64,000 bases of DNA from Candidatus Saccharimonadales bacterium (GTDB lineage Bacteria; Patescibacteriota; Saccharimonadia; QS-5-54-17), in assembly GCA_040903985.1 (NCBI GenBank), contig JBBDUI010000002.1, positions 454,038-518,037 on the forward strand, read 5' to 3'. Position 1 is the stretch's first letter, and every line of letters starts with the position of its first letter. The notes below the pieces were generated by a model. The model was not told the DNA's origin. It ran no database searches and was given only the letters and a program-made list of their open reading frames with translations. Made by a program: the position numbers and the translations under genes. Positions 18,327 to 28,988 of the stretch are shown piece after piece.

Positions 18327-19691
18327 ATGTTCATCAACCGCCAAAAACATAAACTAAAACGCAACATCGGCCTCTTCATGCTTTGTGTTATCGGTATCGA
18401 CGGCACGATCGGGGGAGGAGTCTTTGTGCTTCTAAGCCACGGAGCCGGGGTGGCCGGTCAGTTTTTACCCTTGTCTTTCCTACTGGGGGGCATACTGGCC
18501 TTTCTCGGAGCTTTGCTTTATGCCGAACTAGGCACCACCATACCCCGCTCTGGGGCCGACTTGCAGCTAGTGTTTAACGCTACGCGACATCGCTATTACC
18601 CTTTCATATTCTCTTGGTTGGTACTACTGGGTGATGTCGGTTATCTAGCTATTAATGCATTCGGTCTGGCTTTCTATGCTAACTTCTTCTTCAGTGTTAG
18701 TCCGTTCATAATAGCTCTTGGTGCGCTACTAGTAGCGGTAGCTATTAACCTCTGGGGCAGTTCTAAGGCCGGTGGGAGCGAAGTCGTTACCGGACTTAGT
18801 CTGCTCGGTCTATTACTGCTATATGCCGTGCTGGTGCTTCTCAGCCCAGGCTTTAGTTTTGCTCCGGGCGAATTTATCGCCCTAGTACCGGCTAATACTT
18901 TAGCGATCATCGCTGGCACCTCACTGATCTTTACTACTTTCGTGGGTTATGAATATATTGCCTCGATCGCCGAAGAAGTGAAGGATCCAGGGAAAAATAT
19001 TCCCCGGGCGTTGATGATTACGATTGCCGTAGCTACTACTGTCTTCGTCCTAGTATCTTGGGTTACGGTTAATGCCGTACCGGTTACCGAGTTGGCGGCT
19101 TCCGGTGCTCCATTCCTGCTAATCGCCGAACAGCTCGGTCCAATCGGTCTTTATGTGGTGATTCCGGCCGCCCTAATCGCTACCGCCGGTTCGCTCCTCG
19201 CTGCTACTCTAGTCTCCTCTCGACGAATATACGCCCTTAGCGAACAGGGCTACTTCAATAAGTTCTTCTCCCGTCTGAGTCGTACTCAGGTGCCTTACCG
19301 AGCCGTACTGGCTGTGGCCGTACTGGCTGTCTTCTTGCTTATGAGTAACTCGATCACTTTCGTCGCCTATATCAGCAATACGGTTTATCTTCTAGGACTG
19401 ATCGTCATCGCTATCGCTCTCATGAATCTGCGGCGCCAACGTCCATATCTGGCTCGACCCTTTAGGGTGCCATTCTTTCCCTGGATTCCTATAATCTTAA
19501 TCATCACTTCCATTGGAGTACTATTTTTCATTGGAGTACAATCGTTAGCCGCTACTTTAGTCTGGGCGTTGATCGGCTACTTTATCTACCTTACGACTAG
19601 GATTCAGGCTGCTCGACTGTACTGGGCGATGTGGGGGGCGATGGTGTTCTTGCTGCTGGGCGGTGGTGCGAGTGTTTGGTACCTACTCTAG
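18327..19691 (+). CDS. APC-superfamily amino acid/polyamine permease
   Basis: About 454 aa with 12 predicted TM helices and APC-like N-terminal helices. Confidence 0.65.
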   Translation: MFINRQKHKLKRNIGLFMLCVIGIDGTIGGGVFVLLSHGAGVAGQFLPLSFLLGGILAFLGALLYAELGTTIPRSGADLQLVFNATRHRYYPFIFSWLVLLGDVGYLAINAFGLAFYANFFFSVSPFIIALGALLVAVAINLWGSSKAGGSEVVTGLSLLGLLLLYAVLVLLSPGFSFAPGEFIALVPANTLAIIAGTSLIFTTFVGYEYIASIAEEVKDPGKNIPRALMITIAVATTVFVLVSWVTVNAVPVTELAASGAPFLLIAEQLGPIGLYVVIPAALIATAGSLLAATLVSSRRIYALSEQGYFNKFFSRLSRTQVPYRAVLAVAVLAVFLLMSNSITFVAYISNTVYLLGLIVIAIALMNLRRQRPYLARPFRVPFFPWIPIILIITSIGVLFFIGVQSLAATLVWALIGYFIYLTTRIQAARLYWAMWGAMVFLLLGGGASVWYLL

Positions 19692-20204
19692 AATCAGGAG
19701 TATGCCAGCCAACAAGTTGAGCACACCATACATACCACTAATTATGGCTAGATACAGCTGTAGGTCGGTGGTGATGCCGATATCTATCAGCCCGGTCATA
19801 AGGCTAGTGGCGAAGACTACTAGCAGGAAGCCGCTGAGCAGACTGGCCCCGCCGATAACCGGCTGGAGGCGGCGGGCGTTACTAGCATCGTAGAGCTCGG
19901 AGACAACCGCCTCAGCTTTAGTGGTTTCTTTTTCCACGTCTCGTAAGAGTTTATTGACGTCTTCTTGATCGGTGAGAGTACCAGCGTAGGTGTGTAAGGC
20001 CTGGGTGTGGATGGCGGTGTTAGCTTGCACCTCACGTTTGAGCTGATCCCATTCGGCATCTTCGGCAAATTTTTGCTCGTAGGTGGCGTTAAGCCAGTCG
20101 ATAAAATCTTTCTTAGCGGCGTGGTTGGCGATGAAGTCTAAGGCGCGTTCCCTTTCCTGCTGTTTTTTTAGGGCACGGCGTTTACTGTTCTTAACTAATT
20201 TCAT
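19683..20204 (-). CDS. hypothetical protein with C-terminal TM helices
   Basis: ORF. The N-terminal half is coiled-coil-like and hydrophilic, and the C-terminal third is hydrophobic. Confidence 0.35.
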   Translation of the reverse strand: MKLVKNSKRRALKKQQERERALDFIANHAAKKDFIDWLNATYEQKFAEDAEWDQLKREVQANTAIHTQALHTYAGTLTDQEDVNKLLRDVEKETTKAEAVVSELYDASNARRLQPVIGGASLLSGFLLVVFATSLMTGLIDIGITTDLQLYLAIISGMYGVLNLLAGILLILE

Positions 20205-20373
20205 GAGCGAGAAGGTCCTTCGGTTACTTTTATAGCTTGTCTAGATAATACCATGGTGCGCCCTATTGCGGTGGCGGCATCAGGCTGGTCGACCGGTTAA
20301 CTCTACAGGGGCTATACTTGATATATAGCCAATATTTTGGCATAGTAATAGTTGAATGATGTAAGGAGTAATT

Positions 20374-20706
20374 GTGATGATGCAACGACGCAACGTAGAA
20401 GTAGTAGAGACTGTACCTCGTGAAGATCGAGTCACTCAAGTAGTCTATTTTCTAATCAGTTTAGTGCAAGTCGTCTTACTATTCCGCTTAATTCTTCGTC
20501 TTTTCGGTGCCTCCCCGGCCGCCGGATTCGTTGAGTTTATTTACGATGTAACCGCACCTTTAGTGGCACCGTTTTTCGGTATCTTTCGGAGTGACTTTGA
20601 CTTCGCTCAGGGGGTGCTAGAGATTGAGACATTAGTCGCGATGCTGGTCTATGCTGTGGTTGGCTATCTTCTCCTGGCTTTAATCGATATTATCCGTACC
20701 CGCTAA
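20374..20706 (+). CDS. YggT-family membrane protein
   Basis: About 110 aa with two TM segments and the characteristic L..R.L....L spacing of YggT. Confidence 0.5.
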   Translation: MMMQRRNVEVVETVPREDRVTQVVYFLISLVQVVLLFRLILRLFGASPAAGFVEFIYDVTAPLVAPFFGIFRSDFDFAQGVLEIETLVAMLVYAVVGYLLLALIDIIRTR

Positions 20707-20743
20707 TTTGCACTCCAGCGGATAATCACTGATACTAGAACAG

Positions 20744-22111
20744 ATGAACTACACCCCTATTGCCAGTACCACCGATCTGACTGGAGAATTGACTACGGTC
20801 TGCGGTTGGGTACATAGCGTGCGTGATATGGGTAAGATGGCCTTTATCGATCTGCGCGACCACACTGGGTTGCTGCAGGTGGTGGTGGCTAGTGATGAAC
20901 TACCGCGCTTGGGCGTAGAGTGGGTGGTAGCTGTCACGGGAGAGGTTAAGGCTCGCGGCGAGCGCTTCGTGAATCCTAAACTTACCACCGGCACTGTCGA
21001 GCTTAAGGCCAGCAAGATCGAGGTGATTAATTCGGCGGCCGAGTTGCCGATCGAGATTAAGAAAGATACGAGTGCTATTAACGAGGATACCCGACTGCGT
21101 TACCGCTACCTAGATCTAAGGAGTGAGCGGATGCAGGCTAACTTGCGCTTGCGTCACCGAGTAATGCAGTTTGTACGCAACTTCTTATCCAACGCCGACT
21201 TTATCGAGATCGAGACCCCGATGTTAACCAAGGGTACGCCCGAAGGGGCGCGCGAGTATCTCGTACCGTCTCGCCTACATCCGGGTGAGTTTTTCGTTCT
21301 ACCGCAGTCACCTCAGCAGTTTAAACAACTATTAATGGTCGCCGGTTTCGGTCGCTACTTTCAATTAGCTAAAGCAATGCGGGACGAGGATCAGCGCGGC
21401 GATCGTCAGCCAGAGTTTACTCAGATCGATCTCGAGCTGTCTTTTGTCGATCAAGAAGAGATCTTACGTATCAATGAAGCGATGATGATCGAGCTAGTAG
21501 AGCAACTCATGCCGGAGCATAGGATTACGGGCATACCGTTTCCGCGCTTGACCTATGCCGAGGCGATGGAGAAGTACGGCAGTGATAAGCCCGATTTACG
21601 GGTGGATAAGAGTGATGATAAAGAGCTAGCCTTCACCTGGATTCTCGATTTCCCTATGTTCGAGACAGGAAAGGATGGCATCGCCGCTGTCCACCATCCC
21701 TTTACGTCACCGCATCCGGAGGACGCCGCTAAACTAAGCAGTGAGCCTTTAAGTGTTCGGGCTCAAGCCTACGACCTAGCCTTAAACGGCTTTGAAATGG
21801 GTAGCGGCTCAATTCGAATCGCTGATGCCAAGCTGCAGCGCCAGGTGTTTGAAATTCTGGGCATGGAAGAGGATGAGATCACCACTCGTTTTGGTCATAT
21901 GCTGGAAGCTTTTCGCTTTGGTACTCCACCGCACGGTGGCTTCGCCTATGGTTTCGACCGGCTCGTTATGGTGCTGGCTGGCGAACCCAACATTCGGGAA
22001 GTCATCGCTTTCCCGAAGACGGGAGATGCGCGCGACCCCCTGATGGGAGCGCCCTCACCAGTAGCTGAGGATAAGTTGGCTGACGTCCATATCACCTCAA
22101 TTGAGGAGTAG
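20744..22111 (+). CDS. aspS: aspartyl-tRNA synthetase (bacterial-type core but lacking the GAD insertion domain)
   Basis: N-terminal OB fold. The stretch QSPQQFKQLLMVAGFGRYFQLAKAMRDEDQRGDRQPEFTQIDLE matches AspRS motif 2 almost residue for residue. KPDLR runs directly into the FPMFE region with no GAD domain, giving 455 aa. Confidence 0.85.
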   Translation: MNYTPIASTTDLTGELTTVCGWVHSVRDMGKMAFIDLRDHTGLLQVVVASDELPRLGVEWVVAVTGEVKARGERFVNPKLTTGTVELKASKIEVINSAAELPIEIKKDTSAINEDTRLRYRYLDLRSERMQANLRLRHRVMQFVRNFLSNADFIEIETPMLTKGTPEGAREYLVPSRLHPGEFFVLPQSPQQFKQLLMVAGFGRYFQLAKAMRDEDQRGDRQPEFTQIDLELSFVDQEEILRINEAMMIELVEQLMPEHRITGIPFPRLTYAEAMEKYGSDKPDLRVDKSDDKELAFTWILDFPMFETGKDGIAAVHHPFTSPHPEDAAKLSSEPLSVRAQAYDLALNGFEMGSGSIRIADAKLQRQVFEILGMEEDEITTRFGHMLEAFRFGTPPHGGFAYGFDRLVMVLAGEPNIREVIAFPKTGDARDPLMGAPSPVAEDKLADVHITSIEE

Positions 22112-22185
22112 GCCGCCCAGCTTTTTACTTGGCTAAGAACTAGTTGGTATAATCCTAACTAACGTTTAAAGAATAGGTAGTAGTT

Positions 22186-22914
22186 ATGTCCGGTCATTCG
22201 AAATGGCATTCGATCAAACACAAGAAAGGTGCAGCCGACGCCAAGCGGGGTAAGGAGTTCACCAAGCTAGGTAATATGATTGCTATTGCTGCCCGGGAGG
22301 GTGCCGATCCGGAGACTAACTTTAAACTGCGTCTCGCTATCGATAAGGCTAAAGGTGCTAACGTGCCTAACGCTAATATCGAAAAGGCAGTTCTGCGTGG
22401 TAGCGGCCAGCTAGAAGGTGAGCAGTTGCAGGAGATCGTCTACGAAGGCTACGGTCCTGGCGGTATCGCCGTCATCGTCGAGGCTACGACGGATAATAAA
22501 AATCGAGCTTATTCCGATATCCGCGCAGCTTTCTCGAAGAACGGTGGTAATGTGGCTGAATCCGGCGCCGTTGCTTACCAGTTCGATCGGCGCGGCATCA
22601 TTACTATCGATTCCCCTGATGTGGAAACGTTGACGTTAGCTGCCATCGATGCTGGCGCTCTCGATATCGCTGAGGATGAGGACACTGTGACAATCTATAC
22701 CGACCCCAAGGAGCTAGCCCAGGTAACTGATAAGTTAGCTGCAGTCTATGAAATTGCCTCTTCTGAGTTGGGCTTTGTGCCCCAAAACGTAATCATGATT
22801 GAAGACAGCTCTACGGCCGGCAAGGTGATTCGCCTGATGAACGCACTGGATGAGCTCGATGACGTCTCAAACACCTTCAGCAATTTCGACATTGCCGAAG
22901 GTGTAGAAGTTTAG
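22186..22914 (+). CDS. yebC: YebC/PmpR-family transcriptional regulator
   Basis: MSGHSKWHSIKHKKG N-terminus. Conserved position upstream of ruvC. Confidence 0.85.
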   Translation: MSGHSKWHSIKHKKGAADAKRGKEFTKLGNMIAIAAREGADPETNFKLRLAIDKAKGANVPNANIEKAVLRGSGQLEGEQLQEIVYEGYGPGGIAVIVEATTDNKNRAYSDIRAAFSKNGGNVAESGAVAYQFDRRGIITIDSPDVETLTLAAIDAGALDIAEDEDTVTIYTDPKELAQVTDKLAAVYEIASSELGFVPQNVIMIEDSSTAGKVIRLMNALDELDDVSNTFSNFDIAEGVEV

Positions 22915-22918
22915 TTCG

Positions 22919-23389
22919 GTGCGCATTTTCGGTATCGACCCCGGTACGGCCATCACGGGCTTTGGGGTGATCGATGGTAAAGACAGCCCAACTCTAGTAA
23001 CGGCCGGGGTGATACGAACCCCGGCCAAGCAGGCGCTGGAATTACGACTAGAAGCGATCTATGCTGACTTGCTGGAGTTAATTCGAGAGTATCGACCGGA
23101 CGAGATCGCTATCGAACAGATTTTCTTCGCTACAAATGCAAAAACCGTTATCTCGGTCAGCCACGCGCGTGGGGTAGCTATGCTAGCAGCTATTCATGCC
23201 GGCGTAGCCATCGCCGAGTATACACCGCTGCAGATTAAACAGGCTATTACCGGGTACGGTCGGGCCGATAAGCAACAGATCCAGGAGATGGTGCGAGCCA
23301 TGCTGAAGCTAGAGACTGTACCAAAACCGGATGATGCGGCCGATGCTTTAGCAGTAGCGATTTGTCATTCGCAGGTACTCACCGCATAA
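22919..23389 (+). CDS. ruvC: crossover junction endodeoxyribonuclease RuvC
   Basis: MRIFGIDPGTAITGFGV N-terminus (catalytic Asp). About 156 aa. Confidence 0.85.
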   Translation: MRIFGIDPGTAITGFGVIDGKDSPTLVTAGVIRTPAKQALELRLEAIYADLLELIREYRPDEIAIEQIFFATNAKTVISVSHARGVAMLAAIHAGVAIAEYTPLQIKQAITGYGRADKQQIQEMVRAMLKLETVPKPDDAADALAVAICHSQVLTA

Positions 23390-23397
23390 TATGTACT

Positions 23398-23961
23398 ATG
23401 ATTGCTACCTTATCCGGAGTCGTAACTGAGAAGATTGGCCAGCAGCTGGTAGTGGAAACCGGTGGGGTCGGTTACGGCGTAGCGGTAGCCCGGAGCGATC
23501 TCGAAGCGCTCCCAACCGGTCAGGAAATCAGATTCTATATTTATGAGGTTGTTCGCGAAGATGCTCATGATCTCTACGGTTTTTCAGAGTTTTTAGGCCG
23601 GGAGCTGTTCGAGCAGCTGCTCAGCGTATCCGGAGTAGGACCGAAGGTGGCCCTAGCAATTCTATCTATCGCGAATATCGATCAGGTACAGCGCGCTATT
23701 AGCACCGGAGATGTCGCTTTCTTGCAGTCGGCCAGCGGTGTCGGTAAGCGGGGAGCGGAGCGAATCGCGGTAGAGCTGAGGAACAAGGTAATAGCTAGCG
23801 GTTATCATCCGAGTGGTAGTGAAACGGCCAGTGCCGATGCGGCGCTAGAGGCACTTGAATCTCTCGGTTACTCTCGTCAGGCGGCTATGACGGCTCTGGC
23901 TAAGATACCTACCGATCTTAGTGATGAAGAACGGATAAAGCGAGCCTTAAGTGAGGTGTAG
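23398..23961 (+). CDS. ruvA: Holliday junction branch-migration protein RuvA (start moved to MIATLSG)
   Basis: MIATLSGVV... N-terminal OB domain, a helix-hairpin-helix region (GVGPKVALAIL) and a C-terminal domain. The track start 23362 overlaps the end of ruvC. Confidence 0.85.
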   Translation: MIATLSGVVTEKIGQQLVVETGGVGYGVAVARSDLEALPTGQEIRFYIYEVVREDAHDLYGFSEFLGRELFEQLLSVSGVGPKVALAILSIANIDQVQRAISTGDVAFLQSASGVGKRGAERIAVELRNKVIASGYHPSGSETASADAALEALESLGYSRQAAMTALAKIPTDLSDEERIKRALSEV

Positions 23962-24023
23962 ATGCAGCTACTAAATCCAGCCTCAAGTTTCAGACGCTCT
24001 CTTGCTAAGAATGGAGTGCAATC

Positions 24024-25049
24024 ATGATTGAGCGCATAGTCGACAGCCAAGCCAAGCCGGATGACACCGAAGAGGAGCAGCAGGGTCTTAACTTGCGCCC
24101 GACCGTATTTGACGAGTATATCGGCCAGGAGCAGGCTAAGCGTAATCTTAAACTAGCCATCGCTGCCGCTAAACAGAGAGGCGAGGCCGTCGACCATGTC
24201 TTACTGCACGGACCACCTGGATTGGGTAAGACGACCCTAGCCGGCGTGATTGCTCGAGAGATGGGTGCTAATCTGCGTATAACTTCCGGACCGGCCATCG
24301 AACGCGCCGGAGATCTGGCCTCCCTACTCACTAACCTTAAAGACGGTGACATTCTCTTTATCGATGAGATTCATCGCTTGCCCCGCACCGTGGAAGAGGT
24401 GCTATATCCAGCGATGGAAGATTTTAATCTTGACATCATGATCGGCAAAGGCCCCTCAGCTCGCAGTCTGCGCCTCGATCTGCCCCGGTTTACCATTATC
24501 GGCGCCACTACGCGCATCGGGGCGCTTTCGGCGCCGCTGCGAGATCGTTTCGGTATGATTCATCGGCTTGAGTTCTACACTCACGAGGAGATGGTAGAGA
24601 TCATCGAACGCTCCGGCCGTATCATTGAGATTGAGCTAGAACTGGCCGCCGCCCAAGAGATCGCTAAACGGGCTCGTTTAACGCCACGGGTAGCTAACCG
24701 ACTTTTACGTCGAGTACGCGACATGGCAGAAGTTAATGGCCAGGGTGTGGCCACCCATGCTATCGCCAAGGACGCCTTGGCACTACTTGAAATCGATGAA
24801 CTGGGACTAGACACTGCCGATCGTAGTTTACTGAGTGCTATTATCGAGAACTACGATGGCGGCCCGGTTGGGATCGACACCATCGCAGCGTTGATATCGG
24901 AGGAGCGTTCGACTATTGAGGATGTTTACGAGCCTTATTTGATGCAGATTGGATTTCTGGAGCGCACGCCCAGAGGACGGAAAGTTAGTCAGAAGGCCTA
25001 TAGGCATCTCAGCTTCGACACTAAGAACGAACCCCAGCCGCTACTGTAG
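24024..25049 (+). CDS. ruvB: Holliday junction ATP-dependent helicase RuvB
   Basis: [13 protein letters not shown] Walker A, the AAA+ sensor motifs, and a C-terminal winged helix. Confidence 0.9.
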   Translation: MIERIVDSQAKPDDTEEEQQGLNLRPTVFDEYIGQEQAKRNLKLAIAAAKQRGEAVDHVLLHGPPGLGKTTLAGVIAREMGANLRITSGPAIERAGDLASLLTNLKDGDILFIDEIHRLPRTVEEVLYPAMEDFNLDIMIGKGPSARSLRLDLPRFTIIGATTRIGALSAPLRDRFGMIHRLEFYTHEEMVEIIERSGRIIEIELELAAAQEIAKRARLTPRVANRLLRRVRDMAEVNGQGVATHAIAKDALALLEIDELGLDTADRSLLSAIIENYDGGPVGIDTIAALISEERSTIEDVYEPYLMQIGFLERTPRGRKVSQKAYRHLSFDTKNEPQPLL

Positions 25050-25080
25050 AGGGCCCATAGTTAAGCGCGAAGTAGCTTAA

Positions 25081-25374
25081 CTATGGGCTAAATGGGTCGC
25101 GAGTACCGAGATTGTTGGCTTCGGCGTCGACCTTAGTCTCAAGCAGTCCCTCGATTCGCTGCTGTAGCTCGGTGTCGATGTTGATGGTGGTACTGGGCAG
25201 TTCTGTTTGCTGTCGGCGCAAGTAATCAGGGTCGTGAGTTGGGTCGCTGATACTCTGCGCTTGCCACAGAGTGAAACCGAAAAGACCGAGAATGACCAGC
25301 CAAGAGATGATTAACCGATGACGATTAAGTAGGATAGGCAGTCGTTTAAGTTGTTGTATGTTAGGTATACTCAT
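25081..25374 (-). CDS. small membrane-anchored protein at the end of the T4P pilMNO operon (PilP-like position)
   Basis: About 97 aa with a single TM segment. Overlaps pilO by 4 nt. Confidence 0.35.
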   Translation of the reverse strand: MSIPNIQQLKRLPILLNRHRLIISWLVILGLFGFTLWQAQSISDPTHDPDYLRRQQTELPSTTINIDTELQQRIEGLLETKVDAEANNLGTRDPFSP

Positions 25375-25925
25375 GGTTTTAAGAACACCTCTAAATTGAC
25401 ATTAAACTGCAGCTGATTACTACCGGCTCGGGATATACTCAGGTCATTAATCTGCATATAGCGCTGTTGATTCTCGATCTTCTGTAAGAGCTCTACGAAC
25501 TGCGCGTAAGAACTGGTAATCTGAAACTGCACTGGCATGACCAGTACACCCGGTACCTCAGCGGCTAAGGTCTGACTGATTTCTCCTGGCCGGCCGGAAG
25601 TTGACTGAAAGTTAAGCCCACTCAGCTGCACCCCGATACTATCGACGATCGAGTCTAGCTGCAGAGTTACTTCCGTCTGACGCTTCTCCGTTGGTAACAC
25701 CTCATAAACCTGCTCTTGCAGTGGTCCGATCTCTTCGTACTCTGCTTCGAGTCGATCGAAGCTTTCGAGTTGCTGGTTAACTAGCATGATGTCTGAGAGG
25801 ACGGCTGAGAGGCGGGTGCTTTTTTCGTTTAAGGCTTGATGGGATAGCCAGAAGCTGGTCAGACCGACTAGTGACAGCAGTGCCACTAGTCCGGCTAAGA
25901 GTAGGGTTAATTGGCTCGGCTTCAT
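25371..25925 (-). CDS. pilO: type IV pilus assembly protein PilO-like
   Basis: N-terminal TM, coiled coil, and a periplasmic-type domain. Placed between the PilN-like and PilP-position genes. Confidence 0.55.
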   Translation of the reverse strand: MKPSQLTLLLAGLVALLSLVGLTSFWLSHQALNEKSTRLSAVLSDIMLVNQQLESFDRLEAEYEEIGPLQEQVYEVLPTEKRQTEVTLQLDSIVDSIGVQLSGLNFQSTSGRPGEISQTLAAEVPGVLVMPVQFQITSSYAQFVELLQKIENQQRYMQINDLSISRAGSNQLQFNVNLEVFLKP

Positions 25926-26464
25926 TGGGCGCTTCCTGGAGCAAAGGCCATTACTACGCTGACACTGTAGTCTCCTTCACCGGTCTGATTAATGCTTTGG
26001 ATATCGACCGATTCGATTCTTTCACTAGCAGAGAGGGCATTCTTGATTCGCCCGGCGGCGGCGAAAGTGTCGGCCGTGACCAGTAGTTGGACCGGTTGTT
26101 CGACCTCACCGGTTAGGACGATGCTGTTGATGTAGGCACCTTGAGGCAAGGTGGCAGCTAAATCCTGAAGTAAGGTGCTGAAGAGTGTCTGTTGGGTGTA
26201 GAGACTATCGATGGTGGTAAGCCGGGAGTTTAACTGGCTTAGCTCACCCTTTAGCGCATCGTACTCTCTTAGTTCGTCCTGGCGTTCACTGAGGGCTAAC
26301 TCGTAGTCGGCTATCTGCTGATCAGCATAGCGATGGGTCAGCCATAAAGTAGCCCCGAGCAGCCCACCGGCTAAAATTATTAGCAGGGCATATCGTACTA
26401 GTATTGTGTTATAGCGGGAATACTGGATCTGCGTAGAGATTTCGGGTGGCAATAGGTTGATCAC
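25922..26464 (-). CDS. pilN: type IV pilus assembly protein PilN-like
   Basis: Short cytoplasmic N-terminus, a TM segment and a coiled coil. It lies immediately downstream of pilM with a 4-nt overlap. Confidence 0.55.
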   Translation of the reverse strand: MINLLPPEISTQIQYSRYNTILVRYALLIILAGGLLGATLWLTHRYADQQIADYELALSERQDELREYDALKGELSQLNSRLTTIDSLYTQQTLFSTLLQDLAATLPQGAYINSIVLTGEVEQPVQLLVTADTFAAAGRIKNALSASERIESVDIQSINQTGEGDYSVSVVMAFAPGSAQ

Positions 26465-27522
26465 GACTCCATCTCCTTAAGCGCTAGGCCGACGGCTGTA
26501 GTATAAAGTGTAGTCTCTAGCTGGTGCGGCGGCTGGAGGGGGGCGATATTTAGATTCTGCCACGGGTCACAGGTGCTAACGGCCAGCCCGGTTAGGTGGG
26601 CTAGGAAGTCGCTCAAACCGGGCAGGTTAGCCCCGCCCCCGACGATGACGATCTCTTCGATCGGCTGATCGAAGTTAGTATGGTCGTGGTGATAACGCAG
26701 CATTTTTTGGACTTCATCAGCTAGTCGACTGAGAATGGGTGCGAGGGCAGGAGCTAACTGCTCCTGCCATTTACTTTTCTTAATTCCGACTCGGCTCATG
26801 ATGTCTTCGGCTTGATGGGCCTCGATATTAAGGGTCTCGGCAATCTGGCGACTAATGTGCATTCCTCCGGTAGTGATGGTGCTGGTTAATTGGACGTTAC
26901 CGTCATAGATGGCTAAGTCGCTGGATTCGGAGCCGAAGTCGATGACGACCTTAGGTGAGCTATTAGCGCGCGCATGGTTAACGGCGCGCATGATAGCAAA
27001 TAGACTTGGTTCCATAGCGTAGACCTCGAGATCTAGCTGGTCTAGGAGATCGATGTAGGAAGCAACTATCTTCTTCGGAGCTGCTACCATCAGTACCATC
27101 GTCTCTGGGTGTTCGTCGGTAGATTCGGAGGTGACGGTGTAGTCGAGATGAACTTCTTCGGCCGGTAATGGGACGTACTGGTCGGCTTCCAGCTCTACCG
27201 CAGTCTCTAGGTCGGTATTCTCGATAGTTGGCAGGGTAATGACCCGAGTGAAGATATGGGCTGTAGGGATAGCTACGACGGCTCGGTCGGTAGTTAGCTC
27301 GCCGATGACGACCTGCTTCAGCAATGGTTTAAGCGCCTTAACTAGCAGGTCTGGTTTAGTAATGACTCCTTTTTCGACGGCACTTGGATCAAAGTCGGCA
27401 TAGCCGTAACCGATTACTCTGATGCCCGTTTTATCACGCTGGAGCTGCACTACCTTAACGGTAGAGTGCCCGATATCGATCGCGAACAGTGGTTTGTCTT
27501 TATAGAGGAGTGGAGTATGCAT
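26461..27522 (-). CDS. pilM: type IV pilus assembly protein PilM (actin-like ATPase fold)
   Basis: FAIDIGHSTVKVVQL N-terminal phosphate-1 motif and, later, VVIDFGSESSDL/IVIVGGGANLPGL motifs. Confidence 0.75.
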   Translation of the reverse strand: MHTPLLYKDKPLFAIDIGHSTVKVVQLQRDKTGIRVIGYGYADFDPSAVEKGVITKPDLLVKALKPLLKQVVIGELTTDRAVVAIPTAHIFTRVITLPTIENTDLETAVELEADQYVPLPAEEVHLDYTVTSESTDEHPETMVLMVAAPKKIVASYIDLLDQLDLEVYAMEPSLFAIMRAVNHARANSSPKVVIDFGSESSDLAIYDGNVQLTSTITTGGMHISRQIAETLNIEAHQAEDIMSRVGIKKSKWQEQLAPALAPILSRLADEVQKMLRYHHDHTNFDQPIEEIVIVGGGANLPGLSDFLAHLTGLAVSTCDPWQNLNIAPLQPPHQLETTLYTTAVGLALKEMES

Positions 27523-27635
27523 AAATATCTTTAGTTAACCACTAGCATTATAGCAGCCTCTCGGTCACCTCTCTGTTTTGATTCAGCCTAATCGCTTTGA
27601 GTCTAAGTGGCACGTCTAACTCCCCCGTTATGTTG

Positions 27636-28988
27636 CTATTCAAATATCTGCTGGTAGTTTTTGATCGACCAGATACTGGAGCCGGAAGAGAGTTCGGTAC
27701 CGAAGACGATATTACCGGCTCCACGCAGTTCGACCGTCTGACCGATGGTTCCTCCGGTGGTACCGCTACCTAGGACCGTCACTTTGCTCCAGCGGGCGTA
27801 GAAGAGTGAGCCGGGAGCCTGGGCAGCACCGCGAATAGTTATCGTTTCGTTATCGCGTGAGCTGTGTAGTTCACTACCACTTAAACTAGTACAGTCTGGA
27901 CTACAGCTGCCATCGCTGTGATAGGTGATAATGGTAGCGGCAATGCCGCTACCATTAGGTATGATTCGGGTAGAAGCACCGATGTCGGCTCCACCGGAAC
28001 CGTCAATCATAATAACCGGCGACTCAGTGGCCGCATCGGAGATGTGGATACTGGAAGCACCACCGGTATTGAGGTTGCCGTCGATCCAGATATCACCGGT
28101 GATGGTGAGCGTACAGCTTCCACCGGTGTTAAGGTTCCCGGTGACGTGAAGATTAGCTGGCAGGGTAGCGGTAGTGCTGCCATTGCAACTGGCTTGGGCG
28201 GAAGTATAAGTAGAATTAACAGTATCGATCTGACCTTGTCGATCGTAGGGTGGCATCTCTAACTCTTCAGCTACACATCCCTCAGCGACACCGGAATGGC
28301 TAGTAAAGTTCGGTGTAGTCAGTGTCTGGTGGGTGGCACAGACGTCACCGTAGATTCGGTTCGACCAGACGTTTGCGGTGATTGGGTTGCCCATATTGGC
28401 GGGACAGAGTGATGGGTAGGAGGTGTAGGGGGCGGACACTGGACAACGAATATTAGCCACTCTAACGTCTACCGGATTGGAGCTGTTACCGATACGGGCC
28501 GAGCCAGACATCTGAATGTAGCCGTTGACGTGGACTGGACCGTTGGAGATAGTGGCTGAGCCTGTCAATATAAGCCCCCCTGCGCCGGCGCGTACGGCAT
28601 GATTCTCAGTAGTCGAGGTGCCGACCACAATTACTCGAGCGCTCCGTACTACTGCCGCTTCTTCATCATCGGGATCTATATAGCTCCGGCCGGTTGCGGT
28701 GATGATCTTCTCATTATCGAGACTACCGTTTGTCACGGTAGTCTGATAGGTTGTCCGACCTTGGTTAGTGTTATTGATGAACTCGGTCTCGGTATTGAAG
28801 CCGGGAAAATCAGGGTCTTCGTTAAGCATAAACAAACTCTGCTCGATACCAGCCTCAGCAGTGAGCATGGCGTTAGCAGCTACTACCCCGCGACTAGTAC
28901 GGTCGAGCTGGGCGAGAACGAGGGCAGAGAGTGAGAGGCCGAGAGTAAGGACGATCAGCATGACGATTAACATCGTCGGTAGTATCAT
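27636..28988 (-). CDS. PilX-like minor pilin / pilus-tip protein with large Gly/Ser/Thr-rich beta-repeat C-terminal region (start moved to the TM-containing Met)
   Basis: MILPTMLIVMLIVLTLGLSLSALVLAQ...AEAGIE resembles the PilX N-terminal domain. The C-terminus is rich in G/T/S/N repeats. The track start 29222 overlaps the previous pilin gene. Confidence 0.5.
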   Translation of the reverse strand: MILPTMLIVMLIVLTLGLSLSALVLAQLDRTSRGVVAANAMLTAEAGIEQSLFMLNEDPDFPGFNTETEFINNTNQGRTTYQTTVTNGSLDNEKIITATGRSYIDPDDEEAAVVRSARVIVVGTSTTENHAVRAGAGGLILTGSATISNGPVHVNGYIQMSGSARIGNSSNPVDVRVANIRCPVSAPYTSYPSLCPANMGNPITANVWSNRIYGDVCATHQTLTTPNFTSHSGVAEGCVAEELEMPPYDRQGQIDTVNSTYTSAQASCNGSTTATLPANLHVTGNLNTGGSCTLTITGDIWIDGNLNTGGASSIHISDAATESPVIMIDGSGGADIGASTRIIPNGSGIAATIITYHSDGSCSPDCTSLSGSELHSSRDNETITIRGAAQAPGSLFYARWSKVTVLGSGTTGGTIGQTVELRGAGNIVFGTELSSGSSIWSIKNYQQIFE

